From Chiloscyllium plagiosum (lineage: Eukaryota): a DNA stretch of 64,000 nucleotides. Location: contig NC_057718.1 in assembly GCF_004010195.1 (NCBI RefSeq), positions 41,499,803 to 41,563,802 of the forward strand, read 5' to 3'. Both the position numbers and the translations under genes were made by a program. The notes beneath the pieces are model-generated. The model made no database searches. It worked only from the letters and a program-made list of their open reading frames with translations, and was not told where the DNA came from. Positions 23,771 through 38,299 of the stretch are shown here, in pieces (the stretch's first letter is position 1; each line of letters begins with the position of its first letter).

Positions 23771-26712
23771 GGTATCAGCTGACCTATTTATTGCTGAATA
23801 TTATTGGCTCTCTAATCTAGAGAAAAAAAAATTATGTTAGTTGCTTGAGGTTTTGCTTTGGATTTGAGACAGCGGTAATTACTCACCAAGAATATTATCA
23901 ACATTACGTTAAATTATTTTTGTGAAGTTGTTACTGGACATTTTCCTTCTGGCATTAAATAGGAATTTTCGAGGGCATTCATGCAGCTTGTGAGAATTTA
24001 CAGTTAATTATTTCAAAACCAAATGCCAATTTGTGTTGTAGCCCTAATACGGTTTGCATGTATCAAAGGCAGGCGAGTTTCTCTCCAAGAGCTCTCCAAT
24101 GTAGAGAGTGTACAAATATTTGGACAGAAGTTCTGCAGGCTTTGTAATCTCCTGCTGTCACTCCAATGGGAGACTGGCAGAGTTCAATAGAGAACCAGTT
24201 GCACCAGGCCTGTACTGGTTCAGGGACTCCCATTGAAGGGAATGAAGATGGATGGGGCTGCAACAAAGAGACATTGAAATTCCAGAGCAGGATTTTGCAC
24301 GTTGCCATCTCACTCGGAATCCGAGCCAGTTTTGGAGGCTGCTGTTTCAAATAAAGTGAGACCCACTGCCTTTCAGATGGGGACATTTATAAAAAATGGA
24401 AGGCACTCACAAATGCACAGCCAATCGAATTACTGGGATGACACTGTGTGACCAATCACAGTTCATAGAGCAGGAGGTCCAATGACTATTCACCCCCCCA
24501 TACACAAATCCTTTGTTCTACCAGTTTTGATTAAAACATCTTTAAACCCTGCAAACTACCCTCAAAAGGATTAGAATTCTTACTCGTCAGTATTGTTTGT
24601 AAATTGTTCTAAATTATTGTTGCATTTTGCCTCTGGCAATTTTCCTTTGAGATTCCACTTTCTACCGATCTGTTAATATTACCCTGAAATCCAGGTCCCA
24701 GGAGGGACCAGGGGAAATTGAGGTGTGATGGACAGGAAATTCCCAGCAAGGCCTGCATTTTCCCCACAAAAGACAGCCTTTTCATCATGGTAAAAATGGG
24801 GCAGGAGTCTGCAAATCACAAGTTCCCCCTCCCAAACCACTCTCACCCTCCCCAAACAGAGCACTTCCTATGTTAATGGAGACAGGACTGGACCAACCAC
24901 ACATTCTGTGGTTTACAGAAACAGCTGGCCATTTAAATCATTGGCTGTTTTCATTCAAGTCAGATATTTATGAAACATTATTGTGAAACACAAAGTATAC
25001 AGAATAAACCTGGTATGAACAAGTCTATGCTTTGTACATATTTTTGGGGAGGTAAGGTATCCCTTTGAATATGGCTCTGGTGCACTTTGATAGGAGGCAA
25101 AAGTGTCCCTGGAGGAAGTCAGGCTCTTTTCAAAATGGTTATAAGTAGGCATGAATGTATATTAGAAATGCATAAACTCATTAACTGTCAAGCTCATTGG
25201 AACTCTCAATAGACTTGTCAAAATCAAATGCAAATGTGTCAAACATAATTATCAAGACAATATGATAGGAGAGCAGCCTGTTCTTCAAATCTTCCAAACA
25301 AAAAAATAAAATGCTTGCTATTTCATTCTGTCTGTTGATAGAAGCCTCAGGTCTTCCATTACTGAATTATTGCCAACTGACTGATTTTACAACCATTCAT
25401 TATCACTGTAGGGTGCCTGCCATTTCACAGTTTGATTGCGAATGGTTATAGACTCTTTGAAGTGAGACTCTAAAAGAATTCCAATGCTTGTTGTTATAAG
25501 AGGTTGCGCACTTTAATGAAATGTTTGTTCTAAGTCAGTATATGTTTGTTTTAAGGTAGTATATTGTTTATAGAATGTAAATACAGTAAATGTGATTTTT
25601 TGAATGAGATATTTTAATATACTAAAGTCGACAATAGACATTTTATTGAGTAGAAATTTACTTTGTTTATCTCTGCATAGATACTGAGGGTGGCCCATGG
25701 TGTATACAAGACAAATTGATATGGTAGTTTGAAGGGGAGATGAAGCTGTGTGGGGGATGGACATGAATTGGTATTAAGTTGGCATAGGGGCTATAAATGT
25801 CTATGGGGTAGAGGCATGCATTGGTGTGGAACTATGATGGCCATGGGATTTGGGTGCAGGTGCATTGGTTGTTTTGAGGGCATGGGGAGCCATAAGGGTT
25901 CCATACCTGGACTAATATTGATGTGTAATGTGGATTGTGAAGGGGTGTGAGCTGATTATGTACAGGTTTTTGTTTGGTGAATGGAGGCAAGCCTGTCACC
26001 CAGCATCACTCCATCCCTGGTACAGTCTGCACTGGGTTCCATGTAGGCTGCCACCATCAACACCTCACAGTTCACCCTGCTTCCTAACCACAGACAGAGA
26101 TTCTTACACCCAGGTAATGATTATTCAAGATCTGGTTCACGGAAACAGGAATTTGCCTGACTCTGCGCAGCTGAAATATAAACAGGCATTGAGGCCTTAA
26201 ATATCCCATTATGGGCATCTTTAAAAGCCCCATTTTCTAAATATCACACATGGGGCTGAATTTTATGGAACCTCTAGGGATGGGCAGGTTGGGAGTGGGA
26301 TGGGTATGTGGTAACAGGTCAGTATAATAACAAACGAAGCAGAAGGCTGATGTCTGCTGCCTTCATGAAGCAGTAGGAGTTTGTCAGTGACAAGGAAAAT
26401 GAAGGACCACCTTCCAGTCCAAACTTAATGGGACCATTAAGTGACCAATTGAGAGCCTCTTCCGCTTTTCTTACCATTTTACCCATGGCTGTTAACCCCT
26501 CTGCTATGAGAGCAGAGCACCTGGTGAACACTGGAAGTTGTCTGTGAGCTCAGAGGTTGTGAGGAAACTGCTTACTTTGCTGAGTCCTCCCATAGCAGCA
26601 AAGAGTGCCCAATGGCATTGCCAGGAACTGTCTAACTGGCCCCAGTGACCCCCACTTTCTTCCAAAGTTGGTGAACATGCTGACTCTCAAGGTTGAATAC
26701 AGTTATGAGTTG

Positions 26713-26841
26713 GAGAAAGTGAGGACTGCAGATGCTGGAGATCAGAGTCAAGAGTGTGGTGCTAGAAAAGCACAGCAGGTCAGGCAACATTCGAGGAACA
26801 GGAGAATCGATATTTCATGCAGAAGCCCTTCATCAAGAATG
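26713..26841. mobile_element. Short hammerhead-type element (family A), single arm, 13-bp TSD
   Basis: TSD CAGTTATGAGTTG at 26700-26712 and 26842-26854; body homologous to 38910-39124. Confidence 0.85.
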
Positions 26842-27338
26842 CAGTTATGAGTTGCCCAGCCCTCCCAGTGATGCTATTGTTGCTGAAAAGCTGCCAGCTC
26901 TCCTGGAAAGGACAGGATTGACCATCATAGCAACCATCAGCTATTATCTTTTAACACTGACTCACAATTTGTTCAGGCCCCCTAAGAATGCTGAGGCAGG
27001 GTTGCCCCAGTTCTTTTCCAGCCTGTCCTGTGGGCCACCATTGCCCTGCGATGGAATCAAGATCAAGTTCAATATTCAGACCTGGCAAGGTTCATAGTTG
27101 GGAGATAATCAGACCTAGGCAGCGGAGGGGGAAGAGAAAAAATGGTGAAGGAGGAAGACAATGGAAAAGTTGAGAGGAGAATATGGTGGAAGAGGAGGAC
27201 AATGTCAGAAGGCAGTGGAGTGGCAGATCATTGGACGCCAGAAGAAATAGGAAAAAAATGACCTTCAACTTAAATTATTGATAATGGCACAAAGACAAAA
27301 GGATAAGTGGAACTTACATCTCAAAATATTTAGAAGCT

Positions 27339-27912
27339 ATGAAGACATTGGCTAGGCCACTTTTGGAATATTGGGAGCAATTCTGGAATCCTTACTATCG
27401 AAAGGATGTTGTGAAACTTGAAAGGGTTCAGAAAAGATTTACAAGGATGTTGCCAGGGTTGAAGGATTTGAGCTACAGGGAGAGGTTGAATAGGCTAGGG
27501 CTGTTTTCCCTGGAGCGTTTGAGGCTGAGAGGTGATCTCATAGAGGTTTATAAAATCATGAGGGGCATGGATACGATAAATAGACAAAATCTTTTCCCTG
27601 GGGTGTTGGAGTCCCGAACTAGAGGGCATAGGTTTAGGGTGAGAGAGGAAAGATATAAAAGTGACCAAAAGGCAAATGTTTCATTCAGAGGTTGGTTTTT
27701 GTATGGAATGAGCTGCCAGAGGAAGTGATGGAGGCTGGTACAATTGCAACATTTGAAAGGCATCTGGATGGCTACATGGATAGGAAGGGTTCAGAGGGAT
27801 ATGGGCCAAGTGCTGGCAAGTGGGACTAGATTAGGTTGGGATGTCTGGTCAGCATGGACCGGGTTGGACCGAAGGGTCTGTTTCCTTGTTGTACATCTCT
27901 ATGACTCTATGA
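27339..27912 (+). mobile_element. CR1 (HER1-like) LINE 3' fragment
   Basis: ORF KTLARPLLEY..QFWNPYYRKDVVKLERVQKRFTRMLPGL...LGLFSLERLRLRGDLIEVYKIM; tail (ctatgact)n. Confidence 0.95.
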
Positions 27913-30900
27913 TTTTAAGAGGAGATGAAGAACTATTAATTGAATGTTAAATTGAATGACTGTCAAGTGCATTGAAGAGTGAGTATTAAACCAATCCAAC
28001 TGCTACATCTGGTAATTAACATGACCTCAAGAGTGCAACCAATAAACATTACACTAATATGATGTTAAAACATCCTACCATTTGCCATGCTATTATGAAT
28101 AAATATATTTTCAAAATATTTGCTGTATCAGATCTGATGTCAATTTAAACTTATGTGTTATGCTTATTTACGTCAAAGTGTCAGTTCTGCAGTGTCACAA
28201 ACTGCGGGCAGGGATCAGTATATATTTTTCTGTGATTCTTTATGTTGTGCCTCATACAGGTTCAATGTTGGGCTCACTTCCTGATGTATGAACGTACTTC
28301 CAATTTTTTCCTGGCTTTGTTTCCTCCTTTCCACTTGAGAAAGTTGAATGGTTAAACCCTTTGAAATGAAGCCATTGGTCACCGAGTGTCAACATTATTC
28401 CACTGCCTCCCAAACATGTTCAATGATCCACTGGTGTAACTACTGGAACGAGAAATCATCGGCTTCTCCAAGCTGGTGTAAATGTGTACTTGAAAGGCTG
28501 CTTTGAACTTTAAAGTGGATGGACTTGTGTAATAACATGTAAAGAGTTAAAAAAGTGATTTTTCAAGATCTGTTAATAGAGGAAAAATTTAACTTCAGAG
28601 TAAGCCTGGTTTCTATTTCAGCAAGTATGGCATTTGGTATATATCGCTAAACACTATAAGTGCTGGTGTAGCAAGATTTATGTTGCCAGTACCTCCCCAC
28701 GCCTGCCTCGCTTATCCTATGCGAAATGTTTCACCACCCAGTGCTATCTTCAGGGACTGGGAGTTAAAAAAGCCATGTCTATTTTAAGCCTTCAGTCATT
28801 TTTAACTCGCTCTCTCTTTCTGTCACACTCTGACTCTGTACTTTCCCTTTTGTTCATATGAAGGAATGCACTGAAGCACAGGTAAAATGGAACTCAAATA
28901 ATGAAATATCCAATTGATTGGCATATTTTTGGAAATTCAGAAAAACATCTGTTAAGCAGACAATGTCTGCTGCAGTACCAATCCAACAAATCTTGGTTCA
29001 TTTTCTTACTCAAGAATGGTAAATAGAACATCTGTACATACATCTGACGGCTAAAGCAACCATTTTAAGGGAAGTGTGGAATTCTTTTCTGTCCCATTTT
29101 TTCTTCCATTCACGTATCTATTTTCCATTTCCTCTCTCACAGTCTATTCCAGTAAAGTAAAATGGATATGTCCACACACATGCACATGGTTAAGTATCAC
29201 ATTTTTTCCTCAAATGTTCCTCTTTATTTTTTAAATAACTTTGCGCAGGAAAGCTATGAAGCGAAGAAAAGGAAAAGAAAAAGAAAAAATAAATGCATTA
29301 TTTCTTCTAAAAATATATATATATTTTTTAAATTGGTAAGTAAACCTACCAACAATGTGATAGAGTGGAAATTCTAAGCTTTTTCTTCAAATGTATATTA
29401 GTCGACTTATTATAGATCCCACGTTGAATTTGTTCTCTGATCTAGAAAATATTTTCTGGAAAGACATCAGAACAATGGATTGCCATTGATATGTAGGGAT
29501 AATATGTGTTAAAAAAAAGATTTTTAATCCCTCTCAGAGCACAGGTGTTTAGTAACATTTGCCATAATATGACAGCCTTAACTGATAGCTCAGCAGATCA
29601 ACATTAGAGAAAGGGCACAGGAGACGCTTGTGGTGGTAGAATGCAAGATAGTATCAAGTATTGAAGACTTGCTTTCACCAAAGGGAGTAGATGCTAAGAT
29701 ACGGCTTGATGAAACATGGGTCACAATTCCACCCTTGCAGGTAATGGAATCTGTTCTAACTTTTTACCATGTCTTTGGGTAATGAAGAATAGTGTTCCTC
29801 ATTTTGGCAATTAGAGGGCTGACACCTCTGAAGCCTCAGCAGTGTCACCATGAGAGGTGGCATAGGAGAAATCAAGTTAACAGATAGTAAACAAAAAAAA
29901 TAAGAGAAAGAGGTTCCTATGTCTGATGGGAGCCCCATGAGCAACATCATATTTAAGCAGTGAGACCTGCCTTCCCTGCTTCACCCTTGTTCCAACACAC
30001 ATTCACCCCTGCCCTAAGCTGCAACTGGGAGGTCATCTCATTTAGCCAGCAAGGTCCCCACACATGGCAGTGTAAACAGATCAATATTTGGGTCTTTGTG
30101 GAAATTGTCCACCTTCTGGAAGTAGGCAGTCTCCCCACTCCCTTTCCTATTGTCAGTAAAATATCCTGAAGACAAGACCATATCAGGAGCCAATATGGCT
30201 CCCTGTGGTTTTAACATATTCCCCTCACCACCCAGTCCGAAATCCTAGCATTGGTGATTTAGGGAGCAGGTCTCATCAATAGCATCTCTTTGCAACAAAG
30301 CCACCCTCCATTAACGCTTCGAATTGGAAAATACTAGCATTGAAATAAACTCGACTGCCCAAAAACGAGAGAACATACCTCTTATAATATTTGACTGTCT
30401 GCATTTGTAACCTCCATACTTGCAGAGAAAATAATCACCACCCAAAGCTTTCAATTTTCTATGTTGCATCTGTATTAACGAAGCTGACATACAGCGCATC
30501 ACTGCCTTAATTATAAAATGATGGTACAGCATCACAAATCTTGCTCTCAAGAAATGGCAATGTCCAAAATTGGATGCCATCTGACTTTCCCTCCTCACCG
30601 ACATCTTTGGTCTAACTATATGGCTGGGAAATCCCTTGGAGCTACTCCCACTCCACCACTAACCCCTCAGTGAAGTTCAGCGGGAACTCCATTTGAATGC
30701 ATAAACAGAGCTGCTGTGCTTCTGGAAAAGTAGTACTGATGGATCTGAAGCAGTTCCCATAAATGCTCTGCCTTATCTTGCCTCTTACAATGTCTCTACA
30801 ATATTTCTTTCCAAATTGCCCTTTGGATTCCTTATTTGAGAAACATGCCCTCACCATTGCACACACTTGAGCTGACCCAGAAAGGTCTGACATCCAGCAT

Positions 30901-30987
30901 GGACCCAGTCCCAAGGTTGCTGGTTTTGAGATGCTATATCTGTAAGGTGTAGCAAAGAAGGCCAAATAAAGCACCTTTAAAAAAATG

Positions 30988-31163
30988 CCACAATACCAGG
31001 TTATAGTCCAACAGGTATATTTGGAAGCACTAGCTTTCAGTAGCTACTTGACGAAGGAGCAGCAGTCCAATAGCTCATGCTTCCAAATAAACATGTCAGG
31101 TTATAACCTGGTGTTGTGACATTTTTAACTTGCTACACCTCAATCCAATACCGGCACCTCCAA
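30988..31163. mobile_element. Fold-back element, family C, with decayed hammerhead core
   Basis: accaggttatagtccaacaggtatatttggaagcactagct is inverted as agctcatgcttccaaataaacatgtcaggttataacctggt; central tgacgaaggagcagcagtcc; flanked by acct(t)taaaaaaatg repeats. Confidence 0.7.
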
Positions 31164-31213
31164 ACCTTAAAAAAAAATGGAACGGTCTAAAGGAAGGCTC
31201 TTAAAACTTTCAG

Positions 31214-31400
31214 AGCTGAAAAATGTGTTGCTGGAAAAGCGCAGGTCAGGCAGCGTCCAAGGAGCAGGAGAATCGACATTTCGGGCATAAGCCCTTCTTC
31301 AGGAATCTCCTCCTGCTCCTTGGATGCTGCCTGACCTGCTGCACTTTTCTAGCAACACATTTTTCAGCTCTAATCTCCAGCATCTGCAGTCCTCACTTTT
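31214..31400. mobile_element. Fold-back hammerhead-type element (family A)
   Basis: Inverted arms; duplication ctcttaaa(a/g)ctttcag at 31198-31213 and 31401-31416. Confidence 0.9.
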
Positions 31401-34400
31401 CTCTTAAAGCTTTCAGGCATACTCAGATTAGAGAAGTCATATAGATTTCAGTAATTTCATATTTGCAACTAAAAAAGTACAGAAAATTCAAATTGTAACT
31501 TAAATAGACCAGAAAGAGAAAAAAAAGTGATGAAGCATTATGACAGAAGTACAAGTTCAGAGATTTGGAGATGAAGAGAGACACCACAAACTATTATCTT
31601 AATTCATTACCACAGTGTTTAATATTTTTCTTTACAGTATTCATTTTTGTATTTAAAGGTCACATGTTTTTACATTTACTAACTGCAAAAATGTTGTTAT
31701 TGGCCTCTATCTCTATTACTTTTGGCAAAAATCTAAATTTAGGGAACAGGAAAGTGATATTACAGTATTATAAAGGCTTGCGGGTTGGTATTAAGACACA
31801 GCCTGTGGCGTGCTTTTCGTTAAAGTAAATGGGTACTGCAATAATCTCTGGAATTACTTGAATAAAAAGATCAGCTCACAGACAGGCTGTTGCACTGTGT
31901 TAAAAGAAAGTAATTATAAGATAAGAAAGCTGGTTTCGTCCTTTTGTGGAGTGTTACACAGTGCATATTACATATCGAAAAACATCCTAAAAATGCCCTA
32001 ATGGGAAATAAAATTAGAGGGACTTTCACATCAACTTTCTTCTCTCTTGAAGGTGCTGACTTAAGATGCAGCTCAGTTCCTGGGCACTAGTGACATTCCA
32101 ATACTGATCTTCTTTACATGTTTAAATCTAAATCGTGTGGCCAGCCTACATAAGAGAGAAGAGAGAGGTATCAACCAAAGTCCAAAGCTGCTTGCACTTG
32201 ACTTCCAAGCACACGCAACTTTTCAAATTTCAAAGTATTTTCTTAGGTAATGGCAACTTTTTTAGCCATTCATACAGGAGCAGAAAGCAGAGCTTGAGAG
32301 TTTTCAAGCTATAAAGACAGTTGTACTGTCAGAAGAGAAGGAAAAGAGAAGCCAAACTCTTGATGCTTGCAAGTATGGTTATGAAGTCATCCTGTAGCCT
32401 TAGACTGCAACCCAGACCACACACATTATAAACAAAGCACTATCAGTGCTTGAGTACAAGTCATTCACAATAAGATAATAGATGGCTGAAAGTGAATTAA
32501 TAGGTCTTCTGCTCCTCCTAAGTTCAAAGTTCATCATCCTGCACAGATTTTCTATTCTTTCTGCCTTACTGTGTTGAAATTGCGACCCACCACATTTTCT
32601 CCTAGCTCTACCCATTCTTTCCAGGATGTCTAACCTGTTGAACTCCATGCAACCTTCAACCTTCCTTTCCTCAACTGATCCAGTACCTCTCCAAATTCAG
32701 TGATGATATTATTTAATCAGTTAACTTATTTTGAATTCTCTCCTCCCTTTGCAGCTTGAGTGCTATACTGCACATCATACATTACATCCTTGGCCTCGCT
32801 AAAGAAACAAAAAATCTAATCCAGGAGTTTGCTGGCATCGTAAGGATCTCGTGGAGTCACTAGAGTCATTATAGAACAGAAGAAGTTGAATTGACTCACT
32901 GATCCCATTTCGACATAAGACCTATGAGCACAAAGGTTTTACACCAATCTGGTCTTGGTTATTTAATATGCAGCTAGGTAATAATCATTTGTTTTAAAGA
33001 CTGTTTTCTCATTTTTCCCCATCTCTCCTGAAGCAGTGAATTCAGTGCATATTCTTCCTATGTTGAATCAGCAATTGATTGTTGGATGTTTCAATGATAG
33101 AGTCTATCAAAGTCAAGCCTGTCCACATCCTCACATTCACACACACATACTCCGAGGAAGAGTCAGTTAGTAGACATAGGCATGATTTTCCTTCTCCTTA
33201 ACTCAAAATCCTGATGCTAATTGTGATAGACCTGTCCTTAACTGGTTAATATAAGCTTCCTCAACTGAATCCAGGATCTTATTGTAGGACTACCCTGGTG
33301 CTTAGAATTCAGTGCCATATCTGACAAAGTAATGAACCTCTGAGTTGTTAGAAAGCCACACATTAACATTTGTTATTGGAATACAAATAAGAAATGTATA
33401 ATTTTATCATTTTGTCAATTTTAAAAATGCATTATTTTTAAACTCATAGCTTAATTAAATAATATCATGCATGACTTAGATTCCAGTGGAAGCAGATTTG
33501 CATACAATATCCTGTAGATATTTGAGTCAAAATTATGCTGTCTATAAAGTGTGTACCTATGTTCACCAAAGAGAATATAAAGATATGATAGTGAAAATCA
33601 TATTGTTAAATAAATAAATAAATGGACTGGATTGAAAAGGTTTCTATGCAGAGTGGATTTACTGTGATAATACAATTTTATTCAATCTTCAATTCTATAC
33701 TCTCCTATCCAACCTTGCACCAATTTCTGGGGCAAATGGTGTTAATCATTATTTTTGATACCTCTCACATGCATTTAAAGACATTGGGAAGAATATTGGA
33801 ATGGAAATTCAGATGGCAACATTATTCAAAATTTCAACAAACTCAGGGGAATTTCTTTCAAGATCTGGATTGTATAAACTGGCTTTTATCTCCAAATGGA
33901 CTGTGTGTAGCTAACAGAAAGCTAGGTGAAAGGTTTAATAGTAGCTTTAAAATGAGAAAACACTGGTAGGGAATTGGCTGGTGCAACAGATCAAACAATA
34001 GTCCATTAAATCGATGAACCTTTGGGAGAATAAATCTTATGCCAGAGTGGATTCAATGGGTTGATTCACCTTCTTCTGTTCTACACTGACTCTAGTGACA
34101 CTTGGGCTCATTCAAAATGTCTCATACATGAAAATGTTTGGGCAGTTTAAGTCACTTCATAGTGGCCATGGGACTATAGTCCAAGTATAGCATTAACTGT
34201 GACTTTAGTGAAAAAATCTACTAAAAATCGAACAGATCACACTGGTGTAATAAAGAGTGCCCATTTGCGACTGGGATAAAGTAGAGTGAGTGTTGCCTAT
34301 CTCCTGCTTTACTTGACCTGAGTATGCTTGGTGCTGACATTGAGGTCAGGATGTTCATCCCAAGATGGAAATGGGTATGGATGCAGACAAATGTGAAAAT

Positions 34401-35334
34401 TCTTGCTGCCAACTAGCGTGTAGCTTCCTGCCATTTTTCCTTCCTCAGGCCATTTTCCCAGAACTGGGATGGGCATTCAGGAAATCTACCCAACTAGAAG
34501 GGTGCCTCTGGGTAGCTACAGGATGGACATTAAAGGCCACTTAAAGCCTTTTGTCAGAGGCCACTGGAGGAATTTGCATTTCTTGCTTTGTAAACAGATT
34601 TTTCTTAAACAAAAGGCTTAGAAAGGCAGGTTAAATAGAAAAATATGAAATTACTTTTTTGACATTACAATGAATTGAGATTACAAGGACAAGGGATGGG
34701 TAGAATGAAATGTTGAAAGATTCTACTACTCACTGTCCTCCTCAAAAACCAACAATGCCTTGCCTTTGATGACCTCATCAAAATCTTCTAATCCTTTGTC
34801 TTCCTTTGTCAAATACCTCAAGGACTTAAGTTAAGTGTCACTTAAGTGCAACACATTGTTATTTCAGTGCAGAAAGCCAATTATTATGATACGTTTGGGC
34901 ACTCGTATATATTTAAAAGCAACTACACCTGGCTGTGCTTAAAATATTTGGAAACAACACATCCATTGATAATAGTTCTAAAAGAGTTTGTGTTGAGGTT
35001 GCAGTAGTTTCACTGAGTCTGATGATGTCACACAGATTTTGATGGAGAAACAGTTAATCTTGTACAATTTTCTAATGGAGACAGGCAATGACATACCCAG
35101 CTCCTGATAGTTGTATTTATGTCTAACTAATTAATGTTAATTGGACCTATTGTTATCATGTAATAAAGTATATCCTGCTATTTAAAACAAGGGCTTCTTC
35201 TTGTTAAGATTCTATAGTAGTCTATTCCATCCCACAAACAATTACAAAGGTCTTTCACAAGCCAGCAGCACTTGTAGCCAGAAGATACAACATTACTGGC
35301 AGGATTGGTACCTGTAAATGTGACACACTGCAGG

Positions 35335-35857
35335 ATCCACAGCATGGATTCAGACACTTTGGTCCAACTCAGTCATGCCGACCAAGTTTCCAAAACTAAA
35401 CTAGTCCCACTTGCCTGCATTTGGCCCAAATCCCTCGAAGCCCTTCCTCTTCACGTATTTGTCCAAATGGCTTTTAAATGTTGTAATTGTACCTGCATCT
35501 AACACCTCCTCTGGAAGTTCATTCCATAGACGAACCACCCACTGTGTAAAACACTAGCCCCTAATTTCTTTTTTAAATCTTTCTCCTCTCACCTTAAAAA
35601 TATACCCTCTGGTTTTGAAATCCCCTACCCTGGGAAAAGACCTTTGCTCTTCACCTTATCTTTTATACAATCCAGTGAAACAAGTCCCAGTCTATCCAGA
35701 CTCTTCTTATAACTCAAACCCTCCAGTCTTGGCAATAGCCTGGTAAACCTTCTGTATTCTCTCCAATTTAATAATATCCTCCCAATAGCAGGACGACCAG
35801 GACTGTACACAGTAGTCCAAAAGTGCCTCACCAACATCCTATACAAACTCAACATAA
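35335..35857 (-). mobile_element. CR1 LINE 3' fragment
   Basis: ORF 35625..35855 (LYRMLVRH...RFTRLLPRLEGLSYKKSLDRLGLVSL). Confidence 0.9.
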
Positions 35858-36620
35858 CGTCATATATACATTTCTTGATTTGTGACTTCCAGAAAAGAAT
35901 TAAATTTCTATCATTGCTAAGATTGAATGATTCCGGTGAAGCTTTGGGTGCAGATTACTTTGTCTGCTTTCTCAACTGGGAATGGTGCCAGTCATACTTC
36001 ACGTTTTGACTGACATTCTTTCTCACTGCATTTTACTGGCTGGGTATCCTTTCTTCATTGAGCCACACACAAGGGAGTGTGAGTGTCAGAGTTGATATAG
36101 TAACAATTATTTCATTTAGTCAGGCTTTATCTCTGCAACCTTCCTGATTGTAGAACACCCAGCACGTTCTGAGGCCTCGAGTATCACTGTTGTGCCAAAA
36201 TTAAAGAATGTTTATGTGAGTAGAAACAATGTTTTGAGTTCAGAATATTCCCAGAATTCTAAATCATTCCTTCATTCCACAATATTCAGCTATAGAAATT
36301 AAAGCCTTACTTTCCCACCGTTCTCATTCATGAGTGAATTTCGAATATTTCAGTTCCTCAGGAGTTAAATTGCTTTGGCATATTCACTCAAACACCATCG
36401 CCATGTATGAATATTTGTGGCCGGTTGTACATACAAAGAGTTTGCCTTCTGAGAATCACAACACAGCCAATTTTTTTTCCCAATGTGAATGGCGTTCCTG
36501 GCATTTCATTCTTACGACGCATAAGGACATGGTCTCAAAAGAACTGGAATGCTACACAGAAAACAAATGTAAAGTTGCTGAACTGAAAGTCAACAAAAGT
36601 CAACCAGATTTTCCTTCACG

Positions 36621-36850
36621 GAAAATATACACTTGTAGAATTTTCAGCTATTGAATATCATTAGTTCAAAGGATTGTGTTGTCAGTTTTGTACTTTAACT
36701 GTTAGACACTCTGGAATTCTTTGATTTGGTTGGGGGTGGGAGGGATATGGTTCAGCAAAACAGAGGTTGGTAAAGTGAACAGTTCTCTTATATGGGTTAC
36801 ATATATTTTGATCAGCTGCCCCTGCCACACCCCTCCGTTCCACCTCTAAT
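36621..36850 (+). repeat. 230-bp direct duplication, copy 1 (inserted copy)
   Basis: Matches 38051-38280 with one mismatch seen (36760 A vs 38190 T); flanked by tttccttcacggaaaat at 36610-36626 and 36850-36866. Confidence 0.95.
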
Positions 36851-38050
36851 TTCCTTCACGGAAAATCTTCTCATGACAATAACGTAGCAAGGAATGTATG
36901 AGGAGAGTATGCTCATAACGAGCCCTTCCGCCTGAACTCTCTTCTTGTCTACTCCACAGAAAGCCTCTCCAAACTGGAAATACATGAGCTGTCAAAACCG
37001 TGTAATCTTGCACTTGAGAATCTTTCATGGCAACATTTACTCAGGAACAATTTCCAATTGTTTCGCTCACTGGGACTGAAAGTATCTTAGAAGTCCAATG
37101 TAACTTGCTTTTTAGGTATATTCTGAAGACTGGCATTTTAGTTACTACCAAGATGGGTTCAGATGCAAAGTGGGTGCTAAAAATAGTGCCATTAGCTGGC
37201 ATGCTGAGTCCCTATCTCCATTCAGTCCCATGGCTTTTTCCTAGAAGTGGTGTCGACAGAAGGACTCTCACCCCGTCCCACCCATTCAGCAGCAGATAGA
37301 TTATTCAGTTTGTTAGTGGCCAGTGAAGACCAACTTAAAGCGTTTGACTAATATTTTCCATTCAACATCCAGTTTCCAAGACACAATGGAAAGCAGTATT
37401 CCAGACAGGCTGTGAGCTCTTCCCTACCTGCCTGGGTGCAGCAGCAGCTGCTGGTTATCCCATAGAATGGCTTACTTACCACTAGCCTGTCTGCTCCATT
37501 CCACATAACATGGCCGGGTTGCAAATACAATCTTTCAACAAGTTTTGTGAAGGTTTGGGAGAGGGCACCATGAGTTTGAAGCACCCTCTCCCTCACGTAC
37601 TAAGAGTGGTATTCTACTGCTCTTCTTATGCAGACAGGCTTCGGATTAGCTGTTTTTGACTCTTTGGTGTTGAGGTAAAGGGTGGCAGCAGAGCCTGAGA
37701 TGAGGATAATAGATACTTTTGCTACTAGATGCTTCTGCAGCGGTTGGACTTGAACACGATCCTCCTAGCTCAGAATTGGGTATGCTACCACTGTGCCCCA
37801 AGAGGCCTCAAGGCTTCTGATTAGCTCTCAGGTTTTAACAGCTTGCCCATTGTGCTTAATTGAATGGTGGCCAACTCATCAGTTGGTGGTTCCAAGGTAA
37901 AACACAGGTGAGAGATTGTTTCAAACATAGTGCATGCTATTAAACTCCTTTAGTTCCTGTTGCGGGTACAGAAATACATGAAGAAATACAGCCCTTCATG
38001 TTAGGATTTAGAAGCAACTTTAATTTTATGGATGCGCAAGGTTAGGATTT

Positions 38051-38280
38051 GAAAATATACACTTGTAGAATTTTCAGCTATTGAATATCATTAGTTCAAA
38101 GGATTGTGTTGTCAGTTTTGTACTTTAACTGTTAGACACTCTGGAATTCTTTGATTTGGTTGGGGGTGGGAGGGATATGGTTCAGCAAATCAGAGGTTGG
38201 TAAAGTGAACAGTTCTCTTATATGGGTTACATATATTTTGATCAGCTGCCCCTGCCACACCCCTCCGTTCCACCTCTAAT
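38051..38280 (+). repeat. 230-bp direct duplication, copy 2 (probable donor)
   Basis: Offset of 1430 bp from copy 1; no flanking duplication. Confidence 0.95.
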
Positions 38281-38299
38281 GCTCCCCAGTGCTCTCCAC

